A stretch of DNA of 64,000 nucleotides from Bacillota bacterium (GTDB lineage Bacteria > Bacillota > Sulfobacillia > Sulfobacillales > JAIMBI01). Of this stretch, positions 28,846-37,759 are shown piece by piece (within the stretch, counting starts at the first letter, position 1; every line of letters starts with the position of its first letter). The DNA lies in NCBI GenBank assembly GCA_021846565.1, contig JAJZWS010000001.1, positions 83,810-147,809 of the forward strand. Direction: 5' to 3'. The position numbers and the translations under genes were made by a program. Below the pieces are notes generated by a model that did no database searches, was not told the DNA's origin, and was given only the letters and a program-made list of their open reading frames with translations.

Positions 28846-29643
28846 GTGGCCGACCCGCCGAGCCTCGACCCGTCGCCGAACCGGCCGAGGACGCCCGCCG
28901 CTGTCTCTTGGCGCCCACGGGCACCGGTGGCGCAGGGGTCTGCGCCGGTGGCCGGAGGCTGGGTATGGGTCATCGCGGTGCTGGCGGGTCTCCTGGGTTT
29001 TTGGGTGGTTCAGCAGTGGCGGCTTCAGACTCTGTTGCAGCAGACGGCGGCCGCGCAGGAAGCCCGCATGCTGGCGCAGTTGGTGCAGTCTAGTTTGGCC
29101 CGCGACGCGGTGCTGGCGGCCCGCCTGTCGACGCTGCGGCAAGATGCGGCCAATACCCCGTCGGTCCCGTTGGCGGGGCTCAGACAGCGTCTGCGAGCGG
29201 CGCAAGGGCAGGCAGGGCTTGGATCAGTGACCGGCGTGGGCGTCACGGTGGTCCTGCATGACGCCGCGGGCCCGGCATTCCCGGGCGAGCCGGCGGAGCT
29301 CCAGCTGGTGCATGACCAGTACGTGCTCCACATCGTGGGCCTGCTGTCGGCCGCTGGCGCCCAGGCGGTCTCCATTGCCGGTCAGCGCTACGTGAGTACG
29401 ACGGCCATTTACTGTGCGGGCCCCACCATCAGTGTGAACGGCGTCACATCGGGGTCGCCCTTTGTGGTCCAGGCCGTGGGTCGGCCCACCGCGCTCCTCG
29501 CGGCGCTGGCGAGTGACCCCGATGTGCAGGGCTGGAGCCAGTTGGTGAGCATCCAGTTTCACGCGACCGCCGTGGTGCGTGTGGCGGCGCTGGCGACGGT
29601 GCCGGATCTGCCCTGGCTCACGCCGACCGGGCATCGCGGCTGA
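28846..29643 (+). CDS. DUF881 (YlxW/YlxX-like) division-associated membrane protein
   Basis: N-terminal TM helix, then GVGVTVVLHD...VHDQYVLHIVGLLSAAGAQAVSIAGQRYVSTTAIYCAGPTISVNG...PFVVQAVG, the DUF881 pattern. GTG lies 7 nt after GGGAGGGG. Confidence 0.7.
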   Translation: MADPPSLDPSPNRPRTPAAVSWRPRAPVAQGSAPVAGGWVWVIAVLAGLLGFWVVQQWRLQTLLQQTAAAQEARMLAQLVQSSLARDAVLAARLSTLRQDAANTPSVPLAGLRQRLRAAQGQAGLGSVTGVGVTVVLHDAAGPAFPGEPAELQLVHDQYVLHIVGLLSAAGAQAVSIAGQRYVSTTAIYCAGPTISVNGVTSGSPFVVQAVGRPTALLAALASDPDVQGWSQLVSIQFHATAVVRVAALATVPDLPWLTPTGHRG

Positions 29644-29670
29644 CGCGGACGGACGAGGAGGACCGGGCCG

Positions 29671-30048
29671 GTGATCTGGATTGTCCTGGTGGGTCTGGCG
29701 CTGGGCATGCTTGTGGGGCTCGCGTTCCCAGTGGTGTTGCCGGGGGCGTTTGCGCACTATCTGTCCATCGCCCTGCTGGCGGCATTGGATTCGGTGTTCG
29801 GTGGGGTTCGCGGTAGTTTGGAGAACCGCTTTGACGCCACGATGTTCATCACGGGGCTGGTGTCCAACGCTATTCTGGCGGCCGGCCTCACGTATGTGGG
29901 CGACAAGTTGGGCGTGCCGCTCTATTATGCCGCGCTGTTTGCGTTGGGCTTTCGGATCTTTCAGAATCTAGGAGCGATCCGCCACCTGCTGCAGGACCGA
30001 TGGCGGGCGCGGCGCGCGGCCCGCGAGCGGCCCGCCCCGCGCGATTGA
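29671..30048 (+). CDS. sbp: small basic protein Sbp (DUF1290)
   Basis: The 125-aa membrane protein reads YLSIALLAALDSVFGGVR...FITGLVSNAILAA...GVPLYYAALFALGFRIF.NL. Its position before ftsA matches Bacillus. Confidence 0.7.
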   Translation: MIWIVLVGLALGMLVGLAFPVVLPGAFAHYLSIALLAALDSVFGGVRGSLENRFDATMFITGLVSNAILAAGLTYVGDKLGVPLYYAALFALGFRIFQNLGAIRHLLQDRWRARRAARERPAPRD

Positions 30049-30145
30049 GGTGCGCGGGGTGGCGTGACCGATTTTCCCATTGGGGTGGCGGCAGGGAATT
30101 TCGGTCAGGGCCGCGAAGCACGCAACGAAGCGGGAGGAGGCCAAT

Positions 30146-31342
30146 ATGCCGAGGCGCCAAATCGTGTTGGCCGTGGACGTGGGGTCCACCAAGGCCGCCG
30201 CGCTCGTGGCCGAGGCTCGCCCTGACGCGGACCTGTCGGTGTTGGGTATTTCCGCCACACCCATCATGGGGGTGCGGCGAGGGCTGGTGGTTGATGCCGA
30301 GCGGGCTGCCCAGTCGGTGCGGGATGCGGTGAATCGGGCCGTATCGATGGCGGGGGTGGAGCCGGTGGATGTGGTGGCGTCCGTCAACGGCGACCACCTT
30401 CAAGGGATGGAGAGCCGTGCGGCGGTGGAGGTGCGCGGCCGGTCGGTGCATGAAAGCGACCTGGATGCGCTCACCTCGCGGCTGGTTCGGGCCTCTCAGG
30501 CCACGGGCCAGGAGGTGGTGCGGCTGATTCGCGGCGCCTATCAGCTGGATGGGCTGATGTCGCGCGGGAGTCCGGTAGGGCTGTCGGTGCAGGAACTGTC
30601 GGTCGACGCGCTGGTGGTAACCGCCCAGGTCCAGGTTTTGCGCAACCTCCGACGAACTTTGCAGATGGCGGGGATGTCCCACATCCACTGGGTGCCGGCT
30701 GGTTTGGCGGCGTCGATGGCCGCGCTGTCGGAAGACGAGCAGCAGCTGGGCGTGGTACTGCTGGATGTTGGCGGGGGGACCACCCAGGTGGTGGTGTGGC
30801 GCCAGGGGGTTCCGCGCCATCTGGCCGTCATCCCGGTGGGCGGAGAACTGGTGACGTCGGATTTGGCTCAGGGTCTCGGCATCGTGGCGGCCCAGGCCGA
30901 GCGGCTGAAGGTGGAGCGCGCGCGGCTCGGCGAGGACAGCAATGGCATGGTGGAGTTGAAATCAGTCAACGGACAAGCTGTCAAGCTGGTGCAGGAGACG
31001 GAGATCGGGGAGATCGTGTCGGCGCGGATGGATGAGTGGATGGTGTTGGTCGAAGGGCGTCTGGCGGAGATTGCCTGGTCCAAGGGACCGCCGGGCGGGG
31101 TCGTGATGGTGGGGGGCAGCTCACTGTTGCGCGGCTTGTCGCACCGTATCGAGCGGGCGTGGGGCTGGCCAGTGCGGCTCGGGGCACCCACTGGCCTCGC
31201 GGGCTTGTCGGACCTGGCCAAAAGCCCCGGGTACGCGGTGGTGGTGGGATTGGCCCGGGTCGGGTTGCAGGATGGCTTGGGCTTCGGACGCGAAACATTG
31301 TGGTCACGGTTGACACAGGCCTGGTTCCGAACGTGGGGCTAA
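30146..31342 (+). CDS. ftsA: cell division protein FtsA
   Basis: ATG follows GGGAGGAGG. Actin-fold motifs VAVDVGSTK and [10 protein letters not shown] are present. The track start 30080 was rejected. Confidence 0.9.
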   Translation: MPRRQIVLAVDVGSTKAAALVAEARPDADLSVLGISATPIMGVRRGLVVDAERAAQSVRDAVNRAVSMAGVEPVDVVASVNGDHLQGMESRAAVEVRGRSVHESDLDALTSRLVRASQATGQEVVRLIRGAYQLDGLMSRGSPVGLSVQELSVDALVVTAQVQVLRNLRRTLQMAGMSHIHWVPAGLAASMAALSEDEQQLGVVLLDVGGGTTQVVVWRQGVPRHLAVIPVGGELVTSDLAQGLGIVAAQAERLKVERARLGEDSNGMVELKSVNGQAVKLVQETEIGEIVSARMDEWMVLVEGRLAEIAWSKGPPGGVVMVGGSSLLRGLSHRIERAWGWPVRLGAPTGLAGLSDLAKSPGYAVVVGLARVGLQDGLGFGRETLWSRLTQAWFRTWG

Positions 31343-31365
31343 GTCGAGCGAGGGAGGACGCCGGA

Positions 31366-32436
31366 ATGCTGGAGTTTGATCAGTCGGCGGAAAATTTTGC
31401 GGTCATCAAGGTGGTGGGGGTCGGAGGTGGCGGGACCAACGCCGTCAACCGGATGATTCAGGCGGGGCTGAAGGGCGTCGAGTTCATCGCCATCAACACG
31501 GATGCTCAGGCGCTGGCGCTGTCGCAGGCGTCCTCGCGGCTGCAGATCGGGTCGAAGCTGACCAAGGGTCTGGGCGCCGGCGCCAATCCTGACATCGGGA
31601 ACAAGGCCGCCGAAGAGAGCCGCGACCAGCTGGCGGAGATGCTGCGGGGCGCCGACATGGTGTTTGTCACCGCAGGCATGGGAGGAGGCACGGGGACCGG
31701 TGCCGCGCCCGTCGTGGCCGAGGTGGCCAAGGAGGTTGGCGCGCTCTCCGTGGGGGTGGTCACCAAGCCGTTTACGTTTGAGGGGCTCAGGCGTGCCCAG
31801 TATGCGGAGGCCGGGGCCAGCAACCTTAAGAGCAAGGTGGACACGCTCATCACCATCCCGAACGACCGGCTCTTGCAGGTAGTGGAGCGGCGCACCAGTA
31901 TCATGGACGCGTTTCGCATTGCGGACGACGTACTAAGACAAGGTGTGCAGGGCATATCCGACCTCATCGCGGTCCCGGGGCTCATCAACCTCGACTTTGC
32001 CGACGTCAAAACCATCATGTCCGACATGGGGTCGGCGCTCATGGGCGTCGGCGTGGCGCAGGGAGAGAACCGGGCACAGGTGGCCGCCAAAGCGGCGATT
32101 TCAAGCCCGCTCCTGGAAACCTCCATCGATGGCGCGCGCGGCGTGCTGCTCAACATTACCGGGGGCGCGGACCTGGCTCTGTACGAGGTCAACGAGGCGG
32201 CGGAAATCGTAATTCAGGCGGCAGATCCTGAGGCCAATATCATCTTTGGGGCGGTCATCGACGATTCGTTGCGGGACGAGGTGCGGGTGACGGTGATTGC
32301 GACGGGATTCTCCGGGGAGCGGGGGGCGCGGACCCAGGAGTTTTCCCCCGAGCGACGCGAAGCCCCCGAGGTCGAGGTCAAGGCGTTTTCGAGCGACGAG
32401 CTGGACATTCCTGCGTTCTTGCGCCGTCGCAACTGA
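31366..32436 (+). CDS. ftsZ: cell division GTPase FtsZ
   Basis: ATG follows [35 protein letters not shown] and [13 protein letters not shown] motifs are present. The track ORF start 31036 lies inside ftsA. Confidence 0.95.
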   Translation: MLEFDQSAENFAVIKVVGVGGGGTNAVNRMIQAGLKGVEFIAINTDAQALALSQASSRLQIGSKLTKGLGAGANPDIGNKAAEESRDQLAEMLRGADMVFVTAGMGGGTGTGAAPVVAEVAKEVGALSVGVVTKPFTFEGLRRAQYAEAGASNLKSKVDTLITIPNDRLLQVVERRTSIMDAFRIADDVLRQGVQGISDLIAVPGLINLDFADVKTIMSDMGSALMGVGVAQGENRAQVAAKAAISSPLLETSIDGARGVLLNITGGADLALYEVNEAAEIVIQAADPEANIIFGAVIDDSLRDEVRVTVIATGFSGERGARTQEFSPERREAPEVEVKAFSSDELDIPAFLRRRN

Positions 32437-32451
32437 GTCAGACAGATATCA

Positions 32452-32485
32452 GCCGAGGGGCCGGAGGGCCCCTCGGCCGCGTTTG
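32452..32485 (+). terminator. stem-loop after ftsZ
   Basis: GCCGAGGGGCC (32452-32462), loop GGAG, GGCCCCTCGGC (32467-32477), followed by CGCGTTTG, a weak U-tract. Confidence 0.5.
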
Positions 32486-32511
32486 CGGCCACCGTAAAAG
32501 CGCCCGTCTCC

Positions 32512-32576
32512 TGTCGGACATCTTTCGGGGAGCTCGGGCCGAGCCGACAGATCCTGTGCGGCCAACGGCCTAGAAT
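32512..32576 (+). promoter_or_regulatory. candidate spoIIG-type promoter: TAGAAT -10 with two Spo0A-box-like TGTCGG elements
   Basis: TGTCGGA lies at 32512-32518. The inverted CCGACAGA lies at 32544-32551, ending 19 nt before TAGAAT (32571-32576). The consensus 0A box is TGTCGAA. Confidence 0.35.
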
Positions 32577-32616
32577 CCCAGTGGCTGGACGGGGACCGAA
32601 CGAGGGAGGCGCGGTG

Positions 32617-33417
32617 ATGGTGGATGGGGACGCGATCACGCTAGGGACCGCGGGGCTTTCCTTTCTCACGCTGCGCGCGGTGGCGGCCGCCCGACCCGGC
32701 ATCCGGTGGCGACCTGGCCGTGGGTGGGCGGCCGCCGCGCTCGGGACGGTGCCGCTGGTGCTGTTGCTGACCGGCCGGCTGGGGTCGTCCTCCCTGTGGA
32801 TGCTCGCGGTGCCGCCGGGAATGTGTGTGGTGGCGTTCCCGGGACTCGCCCGCGCGCGCTGGGTGCGGGTGGTGCTGGCCACGTATGGGGGTGCCGTGGC
32901 CGTCACGGGCTTGGTCATCGTGCTGCTGAGTTTGGGGATGACAGCGGGCGGGGCACTGGGCGCCGCGGCCGCCGGCGTGTGGCTGGGCGGACGCGGGCTC
33001 GCGCGCGCGACGCGCCCGCCATGGGTTGTCAGCGGAGGGCTGGTGCGGCTCCGACTGTGGATCGGCAGCCGCGTGGTGGAGGTGCACGCATTGGTGGACT
33101 CGGGCACGCGGGTGAGGGATCCGGCCACCGGGCGCCCCCTGGTGGTGGTGGCGGCCGACGCCCTCGGTTTGGAGTTCGACGGGCCCCCCTGGTCGATGGA
33201 ACGGCGGCGGGTGGCCGTCACCACGGCGGCGGGCTCAACCTGGCTCGATGTGCTGTCCTGCCCGCATGCGGAAATGGAGGTGGAGGGACGATGGCTCACA
33301 CTGCCTTCGATCGGGGTCGCCGTGTCGGCACGGGCCCTCGCGTTCGATGGTTCGTTTCAGGCTCTGCTTCCGGCCCATCTGGGCCCACGCACCCCCGGTC
33401 AGCAACGGGGCGCCTGA
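32617..33417 (+). CDS. spoIIGA: sigma-E processing peptidase SpoIIGA
   Basis: Multi-TM N-terminal half, and a C-terminal half with [12 protein letters not shown] (Bacillus has the DSGN..DP aspartic-protease motif). ATG 32617 lies 7 nt after GAGGGAGG. The track start 32581 would sit 5 nt from the -10. Confidence 0.8.
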   Translation: MVDGDAITLGTAGLSFLTLRAVAAARPGIRWRPGRGWAAAALGTVPLVLLLTGRLGSSSLWMLAVPPGMCVVAFPGLARARWVRVVLATYGGAVAVTGLVIVLLSLGMTAGGALGAAAAGVWLGGRGLARATRPPWVVSGGLVRLRLWIGSRVVEVHALVDSGTRVRDPATGRPLVVVAADALGLEFDGPPWSMERRRVAVTTAAGSTWLDVLSCPHAEMEVEGRWLTLPSIGVAVSARALAFDGSFQALLPAHLGPRTPGQQRGA

Positions 33418-34133
33418 GCCTTCGCGCGCGAAGCCGTGCGACCTTGTGGCAATGGCTTGAGGCTTTGGGCATCGTAGCGCCGGGTTTCTCGCATTACGTG
33501 GGGTCCAGCGAGGCGCTGCCGCCGCCCTTGAGCCAGGAGGAAGAAGTGGATTTGCTGATGCGCCTAAAAGCCGGCTATCAGGCGGCGCGGGCACCTCTCA
33601 TCGAGCGGAACCTGCGACTGGTGGTGTACATCGCCCGCAAGTTCGAAAACACCGGCGTGGGCATCGAGGACCTCGTGTCCATCGGCACCATCGGACTGAT
33701 CAAGGCGGTCAACACGTTTAACGTCGAACGCCGCATCAAGCTGGCCACGTATGCGTCGAAGTGCATCGAGAACGAGATCCTGATGTTCTTGCGCCGAAAC
33801 AGCCGGCTGCGCAGCGAGGTGTCCCTGGATGAGCCGCTGAACGTGGACTGGGACGGCAACGAGCTGCTGCTGTCCGACGTCCTGGGCACGGAGGGCGATC
33901 TCATTTCGAAGGGCATCGAGGACGAGGTGGACCGCACCCTGCTCCGCGGAGCGTTGGCCGGGCTCACGGGGCGCGAGCAGCGCATCGTGACCCTGCGGTT
34001 TGGGCTCGGCGATGGACAGGAACGCACCCAGAAGGAGGTGGCGGACTCGCTGGGCATCAGCCAGTCGTATATTTCACGGCTGGAGAAGCGGATCATCCGT
34101 CGTCTCAAGCGTGAGATGACGCGCCAGCAATAG
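33414..34133 (+). CDS. sigE: RNA polymerase sporulation sigma factor SigE (pro-sigma-E)
   Basis: Near-identical blocks to B. subtilis SigE as recalled from memory ([43 protein letters not shown]). The start is unresolved among CTG 33414, TTG 33444 and the distant ATG 33291; see finding. Confidence 0.9.
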   Translation: MSLRARSRATLWQWLEALGIVAPGFSHYVGSSEALPPPLSQEEEVDLLMRLKAGYQAARAPLIERNLRLVVYIARKFENTGVGIEDLVSIGTIGLIKAVNTFNVERRIKLATYASKCIENEILMFLRRNSRLRSEVSLDEPLNVDWDGNELLLSDVLGTEGDLISKGIEDEVDRTLLRGALAGLTGREQRIVTLRFGLGDGQERTQKEVADSLGISQSYISRLEKRIIRRLKREMTRQQ

Positions 34134-34154
34134 CGGGGCGCCGGTCGTTTCGGT

Positions 34155-34769
34155 GTGGTAGGCTTTCGATCACACGGTCGCAGCGGTAGGCGGGGAGTTC
34201 GCGTAGGCAAGCCGTGGCGTTGGCTCGGATACGTGGTCATTGGCCTGTTGGGCCTGTTCGCCGCGCTGGGATCGCACCTGACATTCAATCAGGGGCCGGC
34301 CTGCTCAAGAGTCAGCTGGCCCCCAACTCGTCCGTGGTGGGCGAGGCAGCGCCGTTGTTCACCCTGGTCACGGGTCAGGGCCGCCCGGTGGTGCTGGTGT
34401 TTGTAGCGCCGGGCACACCCGTGGCCCCACCGTTGCGCGTGCTCGCGCAGGCCCGTCCGACCGCCGCTGGCCGCGTGGCGTGGCTGGGGGTCAACACCGA
34501 CCCCACGCTCACCGTTACGCAGGCGCTCGCGGCCCGCATTGGCGCGTCCCGCCGTCTGGAATGCGTATGGCGTGAGCGTCTCGGTGGCGGAGCAGCATCT
34601 GGTGTACACCGCCGCCGTTTACGTCCTGGGCCCGCGCGGACACGTGCGGTTTGTGCGGGTGCTGAACCCGACGAAGGGATCGCGTGCGACGATCAACGCG
34701 GACGCGCGGTCGATTGTGCGGTACCTGCCCACCCGTGCGGGCCCCAATAAATACCAAAATAAGGGATGA
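34155..34769 (+). pseudogene. thioredoxin-fold (TlpA/ResA/SCO1-like) membrane-anchored protein, frameshifted and lacking CxxC
   Basis: A TM anchor in frame 0 (34155-), a thioredoxin-like core in frame 2 (APLFTLVTGQGRPVVLVFVAPGTPVAPP...WLGVNTD), and a C-terminus back in frame 0 (VWNAYGVSV...AAVYVLGPRGHVRFV). Each segment has the highest third-position G/C in its own frame. Confidence 0.45.
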
Positions 34770-34792
34770 ATTGACGGCCGGCGGGAATACTG
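34765..34792 (+). promoter_or_regulatory. possible forespore (sigma-F/G type) promoter of sigG
   Basis: GGGAATACTG (34783-34792) fits the sigma-F -10 pattern GGnnAnAHTR as I recall it. It lies in a conspicuously AT-rich stretch (34745-34775). The -35 element is not convincing. Confidence 0.2.
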
Positions 34793-34816
34793 ACCCTCGA
34801 TGCGGGGGGGCGGGTT

Positions 34817-35590
34817 ATGCCGGTCAACAAAGTCGAAATTCCCGGGGTCAATACGTCGAAGCTGCCGGTGCTTACCAATGCCAAGATGCGTCAGCTGTTT
34901 GCCGCGATGCAGGCCGGGGACCGCCCGGCGCGTGAGGAGCTCATTTCCGGCAATCTCCGTCTGGTGCTGTCGGTCATTCAGCGATTTGCCAACCGGGGTG
35001 AAAACGGGGATGACCTGTTCCAGGTGGGCTGCGTGGGGCTCATCAAAGCCATCGACAACTTTGACCTGGGCCAGAACGTGAAATTTTCCACCTACGCGGT
35101 GCCCATGATTATCGGGGAAATTCGCCGCTACCTGCGCGACAACAATCCGATCCGCGTCAGTCGGTCGCTCCGCGACGTCGCCTACAAGGCTCTGCAGGTG
35201 CGCGACGCGCTGGTGCACCGCTTCAGCAAGGAACCCTCGCTGTCCGAAATTGCCGCGGAGCTGGCGCTGCCCCGGGAAGAGGTGTTGTATGCGCTGGACG
35301 CGATTCAAGAGCCGCTCTCGCTGTTCGAGCCCATTTATCACGATGGGGGCGACCCTATCTTCGTTATGGATCAGGTGGCCGACGAAGGAGTGGAGGACCA
35401 GCGCTGGCTCGAGAGCATCGCCATCAAGGAGGCGCTCCAGCGCCTGAATGACCGGGAGCGGCTGATACTCAGGATGCGGTTTTTCGACGGCAAAACCCAA
35501 ATGGAAGTCGCCGAAGAAATCGGGATCTCCCAGGCACAGGTGTCGCGACTTGAGAAAGCGGCCCTGGGCCACATGCGGAAATACGTCTAG
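34817..35590 (+). CDS. sigG: RNA polymerase sporulation sigma factor SigG
   Basis: ISGNLRLVLSVIQRF..RGEN.DDLFQVGCVGLIKAIDNFD, VPMIIGEIRRYLRD and ISQAQVSRLEK motifs are present. 257 aa. Confidence 0.9.
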   Translation: MPVNKVEIPGVNTSKLPVLTNAKMRQLFAAMQAGDRPAREELISGNLRLVLSVIQRFANRGENGDDLFQVGCVGLIKAIDNFDLGQNVKFSTYAVPMIIGEIRRYLRDNNPIRVSRSLRDVAYKALQVRDALVHRFSKEPSLSEIAAELALPREEVLYALDAIQEPLSLFEPIYHDGGDPIFVMDQVADEGVEDQRWLESIAIKEALQRLNDRERLILRMRFFDGKTQMEVAEEIGISQAQVSRLEKAALGHMRKYV

Positions 35591-35593
35591 CCG

Positions 35594-35833
35594 ATGACCA
35601 TCGCGATGCACGAGTACGCCCACGCGGCGCGCAGCCTGGCCGCGGCTTGGTCCGCGGTCCACCCACCGGCCGCCGGCGTGCTGGCGGCGCCACCGCCAGC
35701 GCCCGCCGCCGCGCCCCAACCCGGATGGGTGGTCCCCGTGGTCACCACCTTTCACTGGCCGGCGGCGTCCCGCCCGGTGAGGGTGGTGTGGTGGCTGCCC
35801 GCCTTTGTGCGCGCGTGGCTGAGCGTATCGTAG
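35594..35833 (+). CDS. hypothetical small Pro/Ala/Trp-rich protein
   Basis: 79-aa ORF starting 4 nt after the sigG stop. Third-position G/C is very high when read codon by codon. No motif. Confidence 0.35.
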   Translation: MTIAMHEYAHAARSLAAAWSAVHPPAAGVLAAPPPAPAAAPQPGWVVPVVTTFHWPAASRPVRVVWWLPAFVRAWLSVS

Positions 35834-35911
35834 GGGGCGGCCTCGCATAGCTTGGTGAGCGCGGTCTTAGTGCGCAATGCCTGCGCGACCCGGTCGGAAA
35901 GGAGCTGCCGG

Positions 35912-36166
35912 ATGGTCAAAACGTCGGAGCTGCGCCAGAAGGACATCATCAACATCTCGGACGGGCGTCGGTTGGGCGTCATCGGTGACTTGGAGATCGA
36001 TCTCGAACACGGCGCGGTGACCGCGCTGGTGGTTTCTGGGTCAGCGCGCATGTTCGGATTTTTTGGCAAGGACAAGGACATGGTCATCCCGTGGGAGCGC
36101 ATCCACAAGATCGGGGAGGACGTGATTCTGGTCGACATCGTCCCCGACACGCTGAATGCGGGCTGA
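35912..36166 (+). CDS. ylmC: YlmC/YmxH family sporulation protein (PRC-barrel)
   Basis: ATG lies 7 nt after AAAGGAG. SELRQKDIINISDGRRLGVIGDLEIDLEHG.V.ALVV is the family signature. Confidence 0.8.
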   Translation: MVKTSELRQKDIINISDGRRLGVIGDLEIDLEHGAVTALVVSGSARMFGFFGKDKDMVIPWERIHKIGEDVILVDIVPDTLNAG

Positions 36167-36234
36167 GACCCGAAAACTTTCGCTGCCCCCGCAAACGGGG
36201 CAGGAACTGGGATGCCCATCGCGAAGGTTAACGT

Positions 36235-37017
36235 ATGACGAGTGCACGAGACTGGGGCCGGCCGTGGGGGCCGGACCCCGCCGGGGGCTGGAGCGGCTGG
36301 CTGGGCCGCGCGCACCTGTGGTTTACGGGACGCGTCGGGGGTGTGAGCGCCCCGCCTTTTGCCACCCTGAACCTGTCGCGCCACGTGCGCGATCTGCCAG
36401 CGGCCGTGGCGGAAAATCGTCGTCGAGCCGCCAGCCGCGGTGCGCCGACGGCCGACGCCGTGTGGGGCCGGCTCATCCACGGCGCCAACGTGGCTTGGCT
36501 GGGGCCTGATGCGGCGACGGGTCCGGGACCAGTGGCCGACGGCCTCCTGACGGCAGAGCCGGGCCTCACCATCGCCATGACGTTTGCGGACTGCGTGCCT
36601 ATTTGGCTGGCGTCGCGCGTGGCTCCGGTCGGAGGCTTGTTGCATGCCGGGTGGCGCGGGACGGTGCGGGGGATGGCGCGGGCCGGGGTGGAGGCGGTGC
36701 TCGCCCGGGGTGTGCCCCCGGAATCGGTCGACGCGGTGATTGGTCCGTCCATCGGTCCCTGTTGCTACGAGGTGGGGCCCGAGGTGGTGGACGCGGTGGC
36801 GAGCCTCGACCTAGGGCCAGGACTGGTCGATGCCCGCCGGCATCTGGACCTGTGGGAAACCAACCGCCGCCTGTTGCACCGCGCCGGCGTGCCGGAGGAG
36901 CGCATCCTGGTGACGGGCCTGTGCACTGCCTGCCACCCGGAGTGGTTCTTTTCGCATCGGCGCGAAGGCGGCCGGACGGGGCGCAACGGAGGGTTCTTTC
37001 GGATGGACCCCGCGTGA
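36235..37017 (+). CDS. pgeF: peptidoglycan editing factor PgeF (YlmD, DUF152 laccase-like)
   Basis: PPFATLNLS, DGLLT.EPGL.......ADCVPI.L, HAGWRGT and GP.I..CCYEVG motifs are present. Confidence 0.85.
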   Translation: MTSARDWGRPWGPDPAGGWSGWLGRAHLWFTGRVGGVSAPPFATLNLSRHVRDLPAAVAENRRRAASRGAPTADAVWGRLIHGANVAWLGPDAATGPGPVADGLLTAEPGLTIAMTFADCVPIWLASRVAPVGGLLHAGWRGTVRGMARAGVEAVLARGVPPESVDAVIGPSIGPCCYEVGPEVVDAVASLDLGPGLVDARRHLDLWETNRRLLHRAGVPEERILVTGLCTACHPEWFFSHRREGGRTGRNGGFFRMDPA

Positions 37018-37739
37018 GCGCAAGAGCGGCGGCGGAGCGCGCGGCGCGAGTGCGGGAGCGAGTGGACGCGGCGTGTCGGGCGGCCGGACGCCCGCCCGCC
37101 GCCGTGGACGTGCTGGCGGTGGCCAAGGGACACCCGTTGGCCGCCGTGCACGAACTGGTTCAGTTGGGATTCCACCGCTTTGGGGAAAATCGCGTGCAGG
37201 AAGCTGTTGCTAAATATGGCGTCGGCGATGCACAACCGGCGTGGGTTCATGATATTAGGCTCCATCTGATTGGACACCTGCAGTCCAACAAGGTAAAATT
37301 GGCCCGGGATTACTTCCAATTGATCCAGACTGTGGACCGCGTCAGTTTGGTGGCTCAACTGGCACGAGACCCTCGCGATCCGCGGCCGATCATGGTCCAG
37401 GTGAACGTCGGGCGGGAACCGCAGAAGCAAGGGGTGTGGCCCGAGGACCTTTTGGCCTTCCTGGGGGGATTGGGGCCCGAGCCGGGAGTGTCGGTGGTGG
37501 GCCTGATGGCGGTGCTTCCCCGGGTGGACGAGCCCCTGCGGGGCCGGGCGATGGAGGAGGCGCACGCGGTATGGCAGGCGGTGCGGCGCGAACGGTGGCC
37601 GTGGGCGCCCTGTGAGGGCTTGTCGATGGGGATGAGTGAGGATTTCGAGATGGCGATTCACCACGGCAGCACGGAGGTGCGGATTGGGACGGCGTTGTTT
37701 GGGGCCCGACCGCTGGCGACGCCGCACGAGGACAACTGA
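37014..37739 (+). CDS. yggS: YggS/YlmE family pyridoxal-phosphate homeostasis protein
   Basis: Its GTGA overlaps the pgeF stop. LAVAKG, FGENRVQE, HLIGHLQSNK and LSMGMS.D...AI..GST.VRIGTALFG motifs are present. The track start 36603 lies inside pgeF. Confidence 0.85.
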   Translation: MSARAAAERAARVRERVDAACRAAGRPPAAVDVLAVAKGHPLAAVHELVQLGFHRFGENRVQEAVAKYGVGDAQPAWVHDIRLHLIGHLQSNKVKLARDYFQLIQTVDRVSLVAQLARDPRDPRPIMVQVNVGREPQKQGVWPEDLLAFLGGLGPEPGVSVVGLMAVLPRVDEPLRGRAMEEAHAVWQAVRRERWPWAPCEGLSMGMSEDFEMAIHHGSTEVRIGTALFGARPLATPHEDN

Positions 37740-37759
37740 ACACAGAGGGGGAACGCGAC

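Noticed and set aside
28846-29643. The ORF in the usual FtsQ/DivIB position as FtsQ
   Set aside because: The sequence matches the DUF881 pattern (…NELWAAGAEAISING-like: LLSAAGAQAVSIAGQRYV). It shows no POTRA-like region.
31036-31365. N-terminal extensions of track ORFs (ftsZ from 31036). The same applies to ftsA 30080, sigE 32706, yggS 36603, divIVA 38239, lspA 42619, rluD 42585, murF 21809, ftsW 24161 and Mrr-like 51228.
   Set aside because: The extensions overlap the upstream gene in another frame and lack homology. In each case a start with a Shine-Dalgarno sequence or a stop-start overlap sits where homology begins.
34619-35848. 409-aa minus-strand ORF
   Set aside because: It is antisense to sigG, whose identity is certain.
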